64,000 nucleotides of DNA, taken from the NCBI GenBank assembly GCA_036336795.1, contig JAYZFL010000011.1, positions 6,209-70,208 of the forward strand, in the 5' to 3' direction. Numbering within the stretch: position 1 is the stretch's first letter; every line of letters starts with the position of its first letter. The DNA is from Gemmatimonadota bacterium. GTDB taxonomy: Bacteria; Gemmatimonadota; Gemmatimonadetes; Longimicrobiales; Gaopeijiaceae. The notes under the pieces were generated by a model. The model did not search any database. It was not told the origin of the DNA and saw nothing but the letters and a program-made list of their open reading frames with translations. Positions 26,856 to 36,317 of this stretch are shown piece by piece. A program made the position numbers and the translations under genes.

Positions 26856-27470
26856 ATGAGGTGTCCGGTTCTATTTGAAGCCGTGACCGTGGCTATGGTG
26901 GTGGTCGCCCTCCACGGTGATGCCAATTATGTGATTGCCCAGGAATTTCACGTCGACTTGGACGCGGACAACACTGTCCTTTTCATCTCTCACACGGCGA
27001 TCGAAGTGGTCGAGGGGCGTACCAAGCAGATCGACGGTTACGTCGTATTCGACGGTGAGGGGCTTGCACCGGGGAAGCCGTCGGGCCCGACTGGGTTCTA
27101 CCTCGAAGTTGACTTGGCTAGCCTCGACACGGGCCTTGGCCTCCGCAATCGGCACATGCGAAACAGGTACCTCGAAGTGGAGGAGTTTCGTTACGCGTTT
27201 TTCGAGGGGACGATTCAAGAAGTTGAGGAGGTCTCGGACGAGCTTCTTCGCGTCTGGGGTATTGGTGCAATGGAAATCCACGGTGTGAGCCGGAACCTAC
27301 GAATACCATGCGACCTATCCGCCAGAGGTGATGGTTACCAGGTCGAATGCTCGTTTGAAGTGTTGCTTTCCGATTTCGACATAAGCATTCCGCGGATCAT
27401 GTTCCTGAAGCTGGCCAACGAGATTCAGCTGGAGCTGGATTTCTCCGTGCGGCTCGCCCACGATCCCTAG
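26856..27470 (+). CDS. YceI-like domain protein
   Basis: Signal-like N-terminus. The body matches the YceI pattern (...VLFISHTAIEVVEGRTKQIDGYVVFD..., HGVSRNLRIPCDL) by eye. It starts 12 nt after the preceding gene. Confidence 0.65.
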   Translation: MRCPVLFEAVTVAMVVVALHGDANYVIAQEFHVDLDADNTVLFISHTAIEVVEGRTKQIDGYVVFDGEGLAPGKPSGPTGFYLEVDLASLDTGLGLRNRHMRNRYLEVEEFRYAFFEGTIQEVEEVSDELLRVWGIGAMEIHGVSRNLRIPCDLSARGDGYQVECSFEVLLSDFDISIPRIMFLKLANEIQLELDFSVRLAHDP

Positions 27471-27480
27471 GAGGGTCGAC

Positions 27481-28389
27481 ATGCTGCTCCGTTCTTTCGT
27501 TTTCGTCTCCGGGTGTTTCGCGTTCGCGGTAAGCTTCTGCAATCCCGCGATCGTGCTAATCGGATCAGCTGTGGTGCTGTTCGCTCCAGGGGTCATGGAA
27601 GCTCAAGTTCGTTCAGTGAGATGGCAGCGATCATTGGAGAGCACCGCTATTCCGATCACCGTATTCCACTCTCCTCAGTCTGCCAACCTTCCTACGGCAG
27701 AAACTCTTCAGCGGGGAGAGTTACAGTTCGAAATCTCGCACCGATTCCTACCAGCCTTCTCGGACGGTGTCGATGCCTTTTGGGGTCTGGATGGACCCGT
27801 ATATAATCGATTTGGGTTGGCATTCGCTTTTCAGGATCGGGGGATGGTCACGCTTCAAAGAAGTAACCTCGAAGACAATCTGGACCTGAGTGTGAAATTC
27901 CGGCTTTTCGAGACCGGACGCGGATCCATGCCGTTCATGGTTGCGATTGTGAGTGGGCTGGCCGGAAACGACGCTCCACAACTGCCTGATGGGAGTACGC
28001 GCCCCCGACAGTATTACGGCCAGTTGATCTTGAATGCGTTTCTGGGAAATAATGTGGCATTGGGTGTGGTGCCGTCCGTACTGAGGAATCCTAGGCTCGA
28101 TGTTCCAGACGCCGAGACTGCGTTCTCCTTGGGCTTGACGGGTCAGGTCTACGTCGCCCAGCATGTCAGTGTCTTGGCGGAGTGGAATCTGAGCAAAGAA
28201 CGCGCGGGACTAGAACACGACGCAGGCTCACTTGGCATCGAATTAGAAACTGGTGGCCACTTTTTTAAGCTCCTACTTACGAACGCTGTCCGCATGAACC
28301 CGGCGCAATTTTTGGGTGGCACGGAATTCCAATTCGAGCCCGGTGAATGGCGTTTTGGATTCAACGTGACCCGGTTGCTTCATCTATAG
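27481..28389 (+). CDS. putative outer-membrane beta-barrel protein (DUF5777-like)
   Basis: N-terminal signal. Alternating hydrophobic beta-strand pattern with a terminal aromatic-rich strand WRFGFNVTRLLHL. Starts 10 nt after the YceI gene. Family assignment is from memory of similar gene neighbourhoods. Confidence 0.5.
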   Translation: MLLRSFVFVSGCFAFAVSFCNPAIVLIGSAVVLFAPGVMEAQVRSVRWQRSLESTAIPITVFHSPQSANLPTAETLQRGELQFEISHRFLPAFSDGVDAFWGLDGPVYNRFGLAFAFQDRGMVTLQRSNLEDNLDLSVKFRLFETGRGSMPFMVAIVSGLAGNDAPQLPDGSTRPRQYYGQLILNAFLGNNVALGVVPSVLRNPRLDVPDAETAFSLGLTGQVYVAQHVSVLAEWNLSKERAGLEHDAGSLGIELETGGHFFKLLLTNAVRMNPAQFLGGTEFQFEPGEWRFGFNVTRLLHL

Positions 28390-28401
28390 AGGGCTTTCTG
28401 T

Positions 28402-29571
28402 ATGAGAACGTTTGCTGTTGTCATCACATCCCTGCTTGTCGCAGGAGGCGCGCGAGGTCAGGACGTCCACATGGACAGGGCTCATCGGGTGCTCGAGCAC
28501 ACACCACTTTTTGACGGCCACAACGATCTTCCCTGGGTCATTCGGGGACGGGAGGATGCCCCACACGACGTCGAAGCGTACGATTTACGGAGGGCCACAT
28601 CGGGGCATACCGATATCCCTCGATTGAGATCGGGCGTGGTCGGCGCCCAGTTCTGGTCGGTGTATATCCCAATGGAGGCTGTGGCAGAAGGTGCGGCTCG
28701 CTATCAGCTTGAGCAGATTGATATTGCCCGGCAGGTTATCCGAAAATACCCGGACGTTTTCGAGCAAGCCTATTCGATGTCAGACGTCGAGCGGATCTTC
28801 GGAGCCCGCAAGATCGCATCCGTCCTGGGCATGGAGGGTGGCCACGCGATCGAGAACTCCCTAGGGGCTCTACGGGGGTATTTTGATCTAGGTGCACGCT
28901 ACATGACGCTCACACACTCGGGGAATAATGACTGGGCGGACTCAGGCACGGATGAACCCGACCACGGCGGTCTCACAGAATTCGGCAAAGAAGTTGTCCG
29001 AGAGATGAATCGTCTAGGGATGCTAGTTGACCTGTCCCACACGTCTCCGGAGACAATGAACGACGCTTTGGACGTCGCAGAGGCTCCTGTGATTTTCTCC
29101 CACTCCTCGGCGCGGGCTGTTACGGACCACCCTCGTAACGTGCCTGATCGGGTTCTCCGGAGGCTGCCGGATAATGGCGGTGTCGTTATGGTGACATTCG
29201 TCCCCGCATTCATATCGGATGCGGTACGTTTGTACACCAACTCCGGCAATCCACCGAGAGCGACCCTCGCCGACGTCGCTGATCACGTAGAACACATCCG
29301 TGATGTGGCGGGTGTGGACCACGTGGGTATCGGATCTGACTTTGACGGCATCACCGATACGCCGATTGGCTTGGAGGACGTGTCAATGTTTCCAGCCCTC
29401 CTAGCGGAGCTATCCCGTCGCGGATGGAGTGAGAATGACCTTGCGAAGCTGGCGGGCGGCAACGTCATGCGTGTATGGCATGAAGCTGAGACAGCGGCGA
29501 GTCAGATTCGGCGTACCAGACCACCTTCGACTGCAACTATCGAAGAGCTTGACGGACGACCCGTTTCCTAA
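28402..29571 (+). CDS. membrane dipeptidase (peptidase M19, renal dipeptidase family), secreted
   Basis: Signal MRTFAVVITSLLVAGGARG. M19 motifs DGHNDLPW, GMEGGH, DLSH and FSHSSARA..HPRNV are present. Confidence 0.85.
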   Translation: MRTFAVVITSLLVAGGARGQDVHMDRAHRVLEHTPLFDGHNDLPWVIRGREDAPHDVEAYDLRRATSGHTDIPRLRSGVVGAQFWSVYIPMEAVAEGAARYQLEQIDIARQVIRKYPDVFEQAYSMSDVERIFGARKIASVLGMEGGHAIENSLGALRGYFDLGARYMTLTHSGNNDWADSGTDEPDHGGLTEFGKEVVREMNRLGMLVDLSHTSPETMNDALDVAEAPVIFSHSSARAVTDHPRNVPDRVLRRLPDNGGVVMVTFVPAFISDAVRLYTNSGNPPRATLADVADHVEHIRDVAGVDHVGIGSDFDGITDTPIGLEDVSMFPALLAELSRRGWSENDLAKLAGGNVMRVWHEAETAASQIRRTRPPSTATIEELDGRPVS

Positions 29572-29610
29572 AGGTTGTCTTCCGGCAGAGAGAGATCAAC
29601 TCTGATCGGA

Positions 29611-30240
29611 TTAGTTCAGTTCGATCTCTCCTCGTGGAGTGCTGAGGAGCGCAGTTAAGCCTGGAGTTGACCCAACCGAAATCGACAGGTTGGCTCCAAG
29701 AGCGTCGAGAGCTGGTTGGAGACGGTCAGAATCAGGGTGCCTTCCCTTGAAGTGTACGAGGGTGCAGGGAGAAGGTAAGAGGCTCGATGGGTGGGGTGTT
29801 GCTCCCCAATCGATGAGAAACGGGATGACACCATCACCCACGAGTGGTTGAGGCTCGGTCAGCGCCCAACTGAGACTTGTACCGTCTGGACGTGTACGAC
29901 TCTTCGAGCGAACCGGACCGAGCTGGATGCCGAGAGTCATGAGGATCTCATGAGCCTGTTCTGGATCGGGATGGCGGTACGCCCAGGTCACCAGCCGTGC
30001 CTTCTTCAGGTCGTCAATCAAAAACGGTCTCGGCCCCAGAGGCTCGGGTTGATGGGGGTCCGGCCCAATAATCTCGAAGTAGGTACCGATTCCCAAGCCG
30101 ACGAGTGCGTTACGTGTTCCCCAGCCCGGGTGCGAACCTCCTTTTTCGATCGGTGCTCCTGTTAATTCGGCTAAAGTATCAACCGAAAAGTCTAGATCGG
30201 GCGTAGCGTATACGAGGTGATCCAAGCCGTACCTTTTCAT
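29611..30240 (-). CDS. VOC-superfamily (glyoxalase-like domain) protein
   Basis: LDHLVYATPDLD...GSHPGWGTRNALVGLG..YFEIIGPDP is typical of the Glyoxalase_3-type family. Its start overlaps the upstream gene stop (ATGA). Confidence 0.65.
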   Translation of the reverse strand: MKRYGLDHLVYATPDLDFSVDTLAELTGAPIEKGGSHPGWGTRNALVGLGIGTYFEIIGPDPHQPEPLGPRPFLIDDLKKARLVTWAYRHPDPEQAHEILMTLGIQLGPVRSKSRTRPDGTSLSWALTEPQPLVGDGVIPFLIDWGATPHPSSLLPSPCTLVHFKGRHPDSDRLQPALDALGANLSISVGSTPGLTALLSTPRGEIELN

Positions 30241-30989
30241 CGTCGGCGGGACGAGTTGCGTGAGATGGCCATATTCATGAGTCGCCGAAGTTCGACGAAC
30301 GGTGTTGGGCTATCGTCGACTCTAACGTCAACCCAACGATCTGTGCTCCGGTTGGAATCCCCAATGGGCTTCACGACAAGAATTCCACCCGCCTGTTTGC
30401 CCCTGGCGTCGCCGCCGGCTGCCTGACCGGCGTCGAGTGCTGCCATGAGCCTCTCTGCCAGCTCACCCTCGGTAGACTCGAAAGCACGTGCCATTTCTCG
30501 GACGACCTCCTCACCGACGAGGATGTTGCCCTGCACGGAGTAATCCACTCCTTCGATGTGACCTGCCCAGTCGCTGGTCCCAGAGCCCGTGTACGCTCGA
30601 ACTCGGCCCTGAGCGTCGATTACCGCCAGTTGTCTCCGGTCTCGACCCGAATCGGCCTCCGTCAGCTGTCGAACAACTTCTTCGGGGGAGAATCCTTGCT
30701 CGAGGAGTTCCAGGCCCCGAGGACCGTATGATTGGTTCGCTGAGGCTTGCGTGGCGATCGCGCCGACACCCGCTTTGGCATACGACACGATCGCACCGGC
30801 TCGGAACGCCCTCGATTGGACGGCGACGCCAAGCTCTTGGGTTGTGGGATCACGAGCCACAATGGAAAAAGTCGCGACGATCTCCTCTCCCTCTTCGTCC
30901 AAAATTGGACCCCACGCCGGGGCTTGGGTTAATGCGGCGGCAGGAGTTACCCAGATGGTGGCGAAAGTCATACAAATGATTCGATTCAT
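30237..30989 (-). CDS. DUF1028-family (Ntn-hydrolase fold) secreted protein
   Basis: Signal peptide, then TFSIVARDPTTQELGVAVQSRAFRAGAIV, the characteristic DUF1028 N-terminus with its T/S nucleophile position. Confidence 0.7.
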   Translation of the reverse strand: MNRIICMTFATIWVTPAAALTQAPAWGPILDEEGEEIVATFSIVARDPTTQELGVAVQSRAFRAGAIVSYAKAGVGAIATQASANQSYGPRGLELLEQGFSPEEVVRQLTEADSGRDRRQLAVIDAQGRVRAYTGSGTSDWAGHIEGVDYSVQGNILVGEEVVREMARAFESTEGELAERLMAALDAGQAAGGDARGKQAGGILVVKPIGDSNRSTDRWVDVRVDDSPTPFVELRRLMNMAISRNSSRRR

Positions 30990-31198
30990 GGCCTCGGTCG
31001 CTCCTTTACGTCGAGTCGGGGCGAATGCAGAGTGGTGCCTTGGGTCGACCCAAGATCCTCTCGCTTTCTTGGGGATTGTCCGGGGTCAATCTGCCCGAGC
31101 GGAAAAGCGGCCGCAAGCGACGTTGGCGGTGGTCCGAATTTTTCCCCAAATTAACAGGCCACCTAATAGTGGGAACCGAGAAATGTTTCGCCTTTGCC

Positions 31199-33616
31199 AT
31201 GAGAGATAGAATGATGCGGATTGTCCATGCGTTGTCGATATTTCTGCTCGCCTTGTGGAGCGGGAAACTCCCTGGAGTGGCCCAATCGATGCCGGCTGGG
31301 GGGGCGTCGGGAGCGGCCACGCCAGGATTCGGGCGTGCAGTGGCGGTTGGCGACGGAGAAGTGTTCGTGGCTGAGTCCGGCAACGTGATCGTTCCAGGGA
31401 CGGTTTATGTTTTTCGTCGCCAATCCGAGTCATGGGAAGAGGTGGCTCGCCTTCGAGCCTCTGACGGCTTCGGAGGTGACGGCTTCGGTACTGCCATCGC
31501 GGTGGATGGTGGAACGATGCTTATCAGCGCTACTGCCCAGGGTGACGGTGGCGCCGTCTATGTGTTTGGGCGGTCATCAACAGGCGACTGGGTGGAGGTG
31601 GGAGAACTGCCCTCGGTAGATATCGACTTTAGTAATGGCTACGGAACTACCCTGGCCGTGGCCGGAGATCTCGCTATGGTCGGGGCTCCCGCAACAGGAG
31701 TGATAGGCTCCGGCCCCGTGGAATCACCGCCGGTGGGCGCAGTTTACATCTTTGAGCGGTCCAATGGAGCCTGGGCTGCAGAGGCCATTTTGTCGGAGGG
31801 CGATGCCGGCAACGGATTCGGGGCAGCGATCGCGCTTCGGCCGGGCATGCTTCTGGTGGGAGCGCCGCGGGCCAACGGCACAGGAGCTGCTTACTCGTTC
31901 AGTCTTGATGATGGCAGTTGGCAGTTGGGTGCTATGCTCGGATTTCAAGGGGTGACGGGTAACGATCGCTTTGGAGAATCCCTGAGCCTGGATGGAGACC
32001 AAGCTCTAATCACCGCACCTGGACGGAATGAGAACGAGGGGATGGTTTTTGCGTTCCGGTACAATCCTGACATGGGTGAGTGGATTCCAGCCGGTCGCCT
32101 GACGCCTTTCGACGGATTCCAGGGAGACGAATTCGGTGGTAGTCTCGCGCTGGGAATGGACGAGGTGTGGGTTGGTTCTCCGCGGGCGGTGGGCCGGGTG
32201 GGTGCCGCCTACGTCTTCTCGGGTGGCATCGCGGGAGGGTGGGATAAGGCCACAAGAATCCTGGATCCCACCTTCAGCTCCGGCGACGAGTTCGCTTCGA
32301 CGCTTGACGTCAAGGATGATGTGGCAGTGTTGGGCGTGTCGGGAGCGGACTATGGGGTGGGTTCCGCCGTCATCTTCGAACGGGGTGAGGCGGGTTGGGA
32401 GCCGGTGAGTACGGTGAGGGGAAACATGGAGGGGTACGCCTCTGTGCTGGGCGGGCAAATAGACTGCACTGAAGACTCAGCGTCCGGTTTCGAATGTGCG
32501 GGCTACGATTTGGTGTCCTTCCTTTCCGTAGGTGAGATGGGTGTCCCCAGGGGTGTCAACCTGAACGACATCTGGGGTTGGACGGATTTGGAAACTGGAC
32601 GTGAGTACGCTTTGGCTGCCCGTCGCGACGGCGTATCCTTCGTGGACGTCAGTGATCCGCTCAATCCGCGCTACCTGGGTCAGCTTCTCAGGACCGAGGG
32701 ATCACCTCTGGCCGCATGGAGAGACATCAAGGTTTATAAGAACCACGCGTACATCGTGGCCGATGGCTCAGGCCTTCACGGTATCCAGATCTTCGATCTC
32801 ACCCAACTTCGAGACGTGACTGAGCCGGTGACGTTTGAGGAGACCGCCCACTATAGTGGTGTGGCCAGCGTGCACAATATTGCCATCAACGAGGAGGCCG
32901 GTTTCGGTTACAGTGTCGGCAACAGTTCGGGAGGTGAGACGTGTGGTGGAGGGATCCACATCATCGACCTTGAGGAGCCCGCGAGCCCCACGTTCGCCGG
33001 TTGCTTCTCCCAGCCCGGGACAGGACGGAATGGCACGGGCTACACGCATGATGCCCAGTGTTTAACCTACCGGGGCCCTGATGAAGAGCACCAAGGCAAA
33101 CAGATCTGCCTGGGTTCCAATGAGACGGCCTTCAGTATCGCCGACGTGACGGACCCGACTAACACAATCGCTCTTTCCCTGGCTAGCTACCCCAACGTGG
33201 CCTACACCCATCAGGGCTGGCTTACCGAGGACCAGCGGTATTTCTACCAGGGAGACGAGCTGGACGAGGGGGACGGCCGAAAGACCCGGACGCTCATATG
33301 GGATGTCTCGGACCTAGATGACCCGCAACTTGTGAAAGAGTTTTACGGTACACATGAGTCGACGGACCACAACATGTACGTGTTGGGCAACTTGATGTAC
33401 CAGTCCAACAATCGTGCAGGCCTTCGGGTGCTGGACATCAGCAACCCTGAGGACCCGGTGGAGATCGGTTACTTCGACACCGTGCCACATGGAGACAACG
33501 GTCCCGGCAGCGGAGGTTCGTGGAGCAATTATCCGTATTTCGAAAGTGGAATTGTCCTGGTTAGCAGTAGATTCGAAGGTCTCTTCATACTCAAGAAAAG
33601 ACAGCCGATCACGTGA
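31199..33616 (+). CDS. secreted protein: seven FG-GAP-like propeller repeats fused to a choice-of-anchor-B / LVIVD-repeat domain
   Basis: Start taken at ATG 31199 (signal MRDRMMRIVHALSIFLLALWSG). Seven repeats of the type GFGxAxAxxGxxxxxGAP. The C-terminal half has NDIWGWTD..GREYAL, VSFVDVSDPLNP, YKNHAYIV and LRVLDISNPEDP, as in choice-of-anchor B/LVIVD proteins. Confidence 0.7.
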   Translation: MRDRMMRIVHALSIFLLALWSGKLPGVAQSMPAGGASGAATPGFGRAVAVGDGEVFVAESGNVIVPGTVYVFRRQSESWEEVARLRASDGFGGDGFGTAIAVDGGTMLISATAQGDGGAVYVFGRSSTGDWVEVGELPSVDIDFSNGYGTTLAVAGDLAMVGAPATGVIGSGPVESPPVGAVYIFERSNGAWAAEAILSEGDAGNGFGAAIALRPGMLLVGAPRANGTGAAYSFSLDDGSWQLGAMLGFQGVTGNDRFGESLSLDGDQALITAPGRNENEGMVFAFRYNPDMGEWIPAGRLTPFDGFQGDEFGGSLALGMDEVWVGSPRAVGRVGAAYVFSGGIAGGWDKATRILDPTFSSGDEFASTLDVKDDVAVLGVSGADYGVGSAVIFERGEAGWEPVSTVRGNMEGYASVLGGQIDCTEDSASGFECAGYDLVSFLSVGEMGVPRGVNLNDIWGWTDLETGREYALAARRDGVSFVDVSDPLNPRYLGQLLRTEGSPLAAWRDIKVYKNHAYIVADGSGLHGIQIFDLTQLRDVTEPVTFEETAHYSGVASVHNIAINEEAGFGYSVGNSSGGETCGGGIHIIDLEEPASPTFAGCFSQPGTGRNGTGYTHDAQCLTYRGPDEEHQGKQICLGSNETAFSIADVTDPTNTIALSLASYPNVAYTHQGWLTEDQRYFYQGDELDEGDGRKTRTLIWDVSDLDDPQLVKEFYGTHESTDHNMYVLGNLMYQSNNRAGLRVLDISNPEDPVEIGYFDTVPHGDNGPGSGGSWSNYPYFESGIVLVSSRFEGLFILKKRQPIT

Positions 33617-33683
33617 CCGGGGCGTGAAAGATCTACCCTCTGTCTTCCGTGCGATGGCTAGGACTATATCAGAGGAGAAGGAA

Positions 33684-34856
33684 ATGAGACTGACCTTAGA
33701 CGGTTTCCAGATCGAAGCTTCGACGGAAGTTCGCCAATGGGCACTCACGCTGGCTACGATCCTCGCCACGGCGATTGCTCCTCTGCGGACGTCTGCCCAG
33801 TTCACACCTTTCGAGCTGGAGCTTGCCCGGTTTGACGCTGAGGTGGCCTTTAATGTTCTGGAGGACGCCGGTGGGGCGGTCTCGGTGGCCGTCTTCTCAG
33901 GTACCGAGGTGATCTGGACTAAGGGATACGGGTGGGCGGACATCGACGGGCGGGTTGCCGCCGATGCCAGAACAATTGGCCGCACTGGCTCGATCTCCAA
34001 GTCCTTCACAGCCGTTTTGATGATGCAACTCGTCGAGCGCGGCATTATTGAACTTGACGATCGGGTGAACGACTACTTTCCCGAGATCGAAGGGCTTGTG
34101 AAGCGTCCGGTGGGGGCGGAACCCATCACTTTCAGAATGCTGGGCAGTCATACCGCTGGCCTGGTACGTGAGCCGGAATTAGAGGGTGCTGCGGTAGGGT
34201 CGATCTACAGTTGGGAGGAGAAGGTCCTATCCTCGATCCCCACGACGGCATACCAGACCAAGCCCCTCACCGAGTATTCGTACTCCAACATCGGTTTCGG
34301 TATACTCGGCCTGGCCCTTTCTCGAGCTTCTGGCGTCCCGTTCATGGAATTGATAGAGACGCTGATCATCCGACCATTAGGAATGGAGAGCACTACTTTC
34401 ATCTTGGACTCTCCCGAACTTCTCACCCGCATGTCGGTGGGATATAGCCGTGACCGGATGACCGGTGAGCTTTCTGCGGAGCAGGCGACTCGAGAGCATT
34501 TCGGTCGAGGATATAAGGTGCCCAATGGGGGTATCTACTCGACGGTGCATGACCTGGCTAAACTAGGGGCCGCGCTCATGGGTGAGGGTGATGTGCAAAT
34601 CCTGAGTGAGGAGAGTCGCTCAGAGATGTTCAGCCCTCAAGCTCCAGCCACCACATACGGTCTCGGCCTGTTCCTGTATGACAGCGAGGAAGGTCCTTTA
34701 TTAGTCGGGCACAGCGGCTCGGTAGCAGGCTACAACGCCTATCTTGCGTTTGATCCGCGAACCAAGCTCGGTGTGTCCATGTTTCGTACGACGACCTACA
34801 ACCCACCCGTGTCCGATCTCTTACGCCAACTTACGCGTACGGTGTCCTCTGGTTAA
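33684..34856 (+). CDS. serine hydrolase of the beta-lactamase / PBP (class C-like) family, secreted
   Basis: ATG 33684 is preceded by AGGAGAAGGAA. Has a signal peptide, the SxxK motif GSISKSF and a YSN motif (YSYSNIGFG). Confidence 0.85.
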   Translation: MRLTLDGFQIEASTEVRQWALTLATILATAIAPLRTSAQFTPFELELARFDAEVAFNVLEDAGGAVSVAVFSGTEVIWTKGYGWADIDGRVAADARTIGRTGSISKSFTAVLMMQLVERGIIELDDRVNDYFPEIEGLVKRPVGAEPITFRMLGSHTAGLVREPELEGAAVGSIYSWEEKVLSSIPTTAYQTKPLTEYSYSNIGFGILGLALSRASGVPFMELIETLIIRPLGMESTTFILDSPELLTRMSVGYSRDRMTGELSAEQATREHFGRGYKVPNGGIYSTVHDLAKLGAALMGEGDVQILSEESRSEMFSPQAPATTYGLGLFLYDSEEGPLLVGHSGSVAGYNAYLAFDPRTKLGVSMFRTTTYNPPVSDLLRQLTRTVSSG

Positions 34857-34934
34857 GAAACCCACAGTCCACTTGCGTGCTGGTTGTGTCGGCACCACCA
34901 TCTTTGGTACACCCCGAACCGAGAAGGAGGAACT

Positions 34935-36092
34935 ATGGCGTTCAGGAGATTTGTATGTGGGACAGTCTTGCTCACGATCGTTCTTGGGTGCGGTGGCCAG
35001 ACGACGGACATGTCGGCCGAGGGTTCCGCACCGTTGTTCGAGGTGGATCCGTTCTGGCCGAAGCCCTTGCCGAATCACTGGCTCCTCGGCTCAACCATCG
35101 GTGTGGCGGTGGACTCGAGGGATCATGTTTGGATCATCCACCGTGGAAACCTGGCGCCCAACGAAATACCTGCGGCACTCGATCCTCCTATGAGCGAAGA
35201 ATGCTGTTTCCCCGCGCCTCCCGTCCTAGAGTTCGATCCCGACGGCAACCTAGTTGGATCTTGGGGTGGCCCGGGTAACGGATATGATTGGCCCACCTCG
35301 AACCATGGGATCATTGTTGATCACATGGACAACGTCTGGATTGGCGGAAATGGTGCCGGCGACTCTCACGTCCTAAAGTTCAGCCGAAGTGGTGATTTCC
35401 TGATGCAAGTCGGAGACCCGGGTCATGAGGAACCGAACAGCAATGCCCAAGACCACTTTTCCCGGGTTGCCAAACTCACGTTCGACGCCGAAGCCAATGA
35501 GATGTACCTGGCCGACGGTTACGGTAACAAGCGTGTCGCAGTTATCGATGCAAACACGGGCGAGCTAAAACGCTACTGGGGTGCGTACGGGAATGTTCCC
35601 AGCGATGAGGATCTGGGACCCTACGATCCGAGTGAACCGCCAGCACAGCAGTTCCGTAATCCCGTGCATTGTGCCGACGCGACGAACGACGGGCTCGTCT
35701 ACGTTTGTGATCGTCCGGGTAACCGCATTCAGGTATTCCAGAAGGACGGCACGTATGTGGATGAGATTTTCATCGCACCAAATACCTTGGGTTCCGGATC
35801 GGCGTGGGATGTCGCATTTTCGCGCGATTCGGAGCAGTCGTTCATCTATATGACGGACGGCTTGAACGAGAAAATCCATGTCATAAGGCGCGATGGACTC
35901 GAATATCTGTATAATTTCGGCGATGGTGGACGAAATCCCGGCCAGTTCTTCGGAGCTCACAGTATCGCGACCGACTCGCAGGGAAACATCTACGTCACCG
36001 AAACGTACGAGGGTAAAAGGCTCCAGAAGTTCGTCTACAAGGGAATGGGCCCATCACCGAGCGGCTCAGTGGGAGTTGTGTGGCCACAGTAA
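34935..36092 (+). CDS. NHL-repeat / six-bladed beta-propeller lipoprotein (peptidyl-hydroxyglycine lyase-like)
   Basis: ATG 34935 has GAAGGAGG upstream. Lipobox LTIVLGCGG. Repeated VAVDSRDHVWI, GIIVDHMDNVWI, MYLADGYGNKRV, LVYVCDRPGNRIQVF and NIYVTETYEGKRLQKF are NHL-type blades. Confidence 0.7.
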   Translation: MAFRRFVCGTVLLTIVLGCGGQTTDMSAEGSAPLFEVDPFWPKPLPNHWLLGSTIGVAVDSRDHVWIIHRGNLAPNEIPAALDPPMSEECCFPAPPVLEFDPDGNLVGSWGGPGNGYDWPTSNHGIIVDHMDNVWIGGNGAGDSHVLKFSRSGDFLMQVGDPGHEEPNSNAQDHFSRVAKLTFDAEANEMYLADGYGNKRVAVIDANTGELKRYWGAYGNVPSDEDLGPYDPSEPPAQQFRNPVHCADATNDGLVYVCDRPGNRIQVFQKDGTYVDEIFIAPNTLGSGSAWDVAFSRDSEQSFIYMTDGLNEKIHVIRRDGLEYLYNFGDGGRNPGQFFGAHSIATDSQGNIYVTETYEGKRLQKFVYKGMGPSPSGSVGVVWPQ

Positions 36093-36231
36093 GATTGTAA
36101 TCAACAACCGGGTTTTTCCCTGACGAGACCGGTAAAGGATTTTTCGGCGAAATGGGTTAGGTGCACATTATTCTGGGCGTCCTGACTTTGGGATTGAAGA
36201 AAAGAGGACACCGAGAAGATCTAAGCTAAGG

Positions 36232-36265
36232 GGTTCGGCCCGTGACGGACCGGACCTCTTTTTTT
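36232..36265 (+). terminator. rho-independent terminator
   Basis: An 11-bp GC-rich stem pairs GGTTCGGCCCG (36232-36242) with CGGACCGGACC (36246-36256), with one mismatch and one G-U pair. The loop is TGA. TCTTTTTTT (36257-36265) follows immediately. Confidence 0.75.
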
Positions 36266-36317
36266 CGAGTGGTCACGGAACGACTGTCAAATCGAACGAT
36301 CTTCCAGACAGGTAGCG

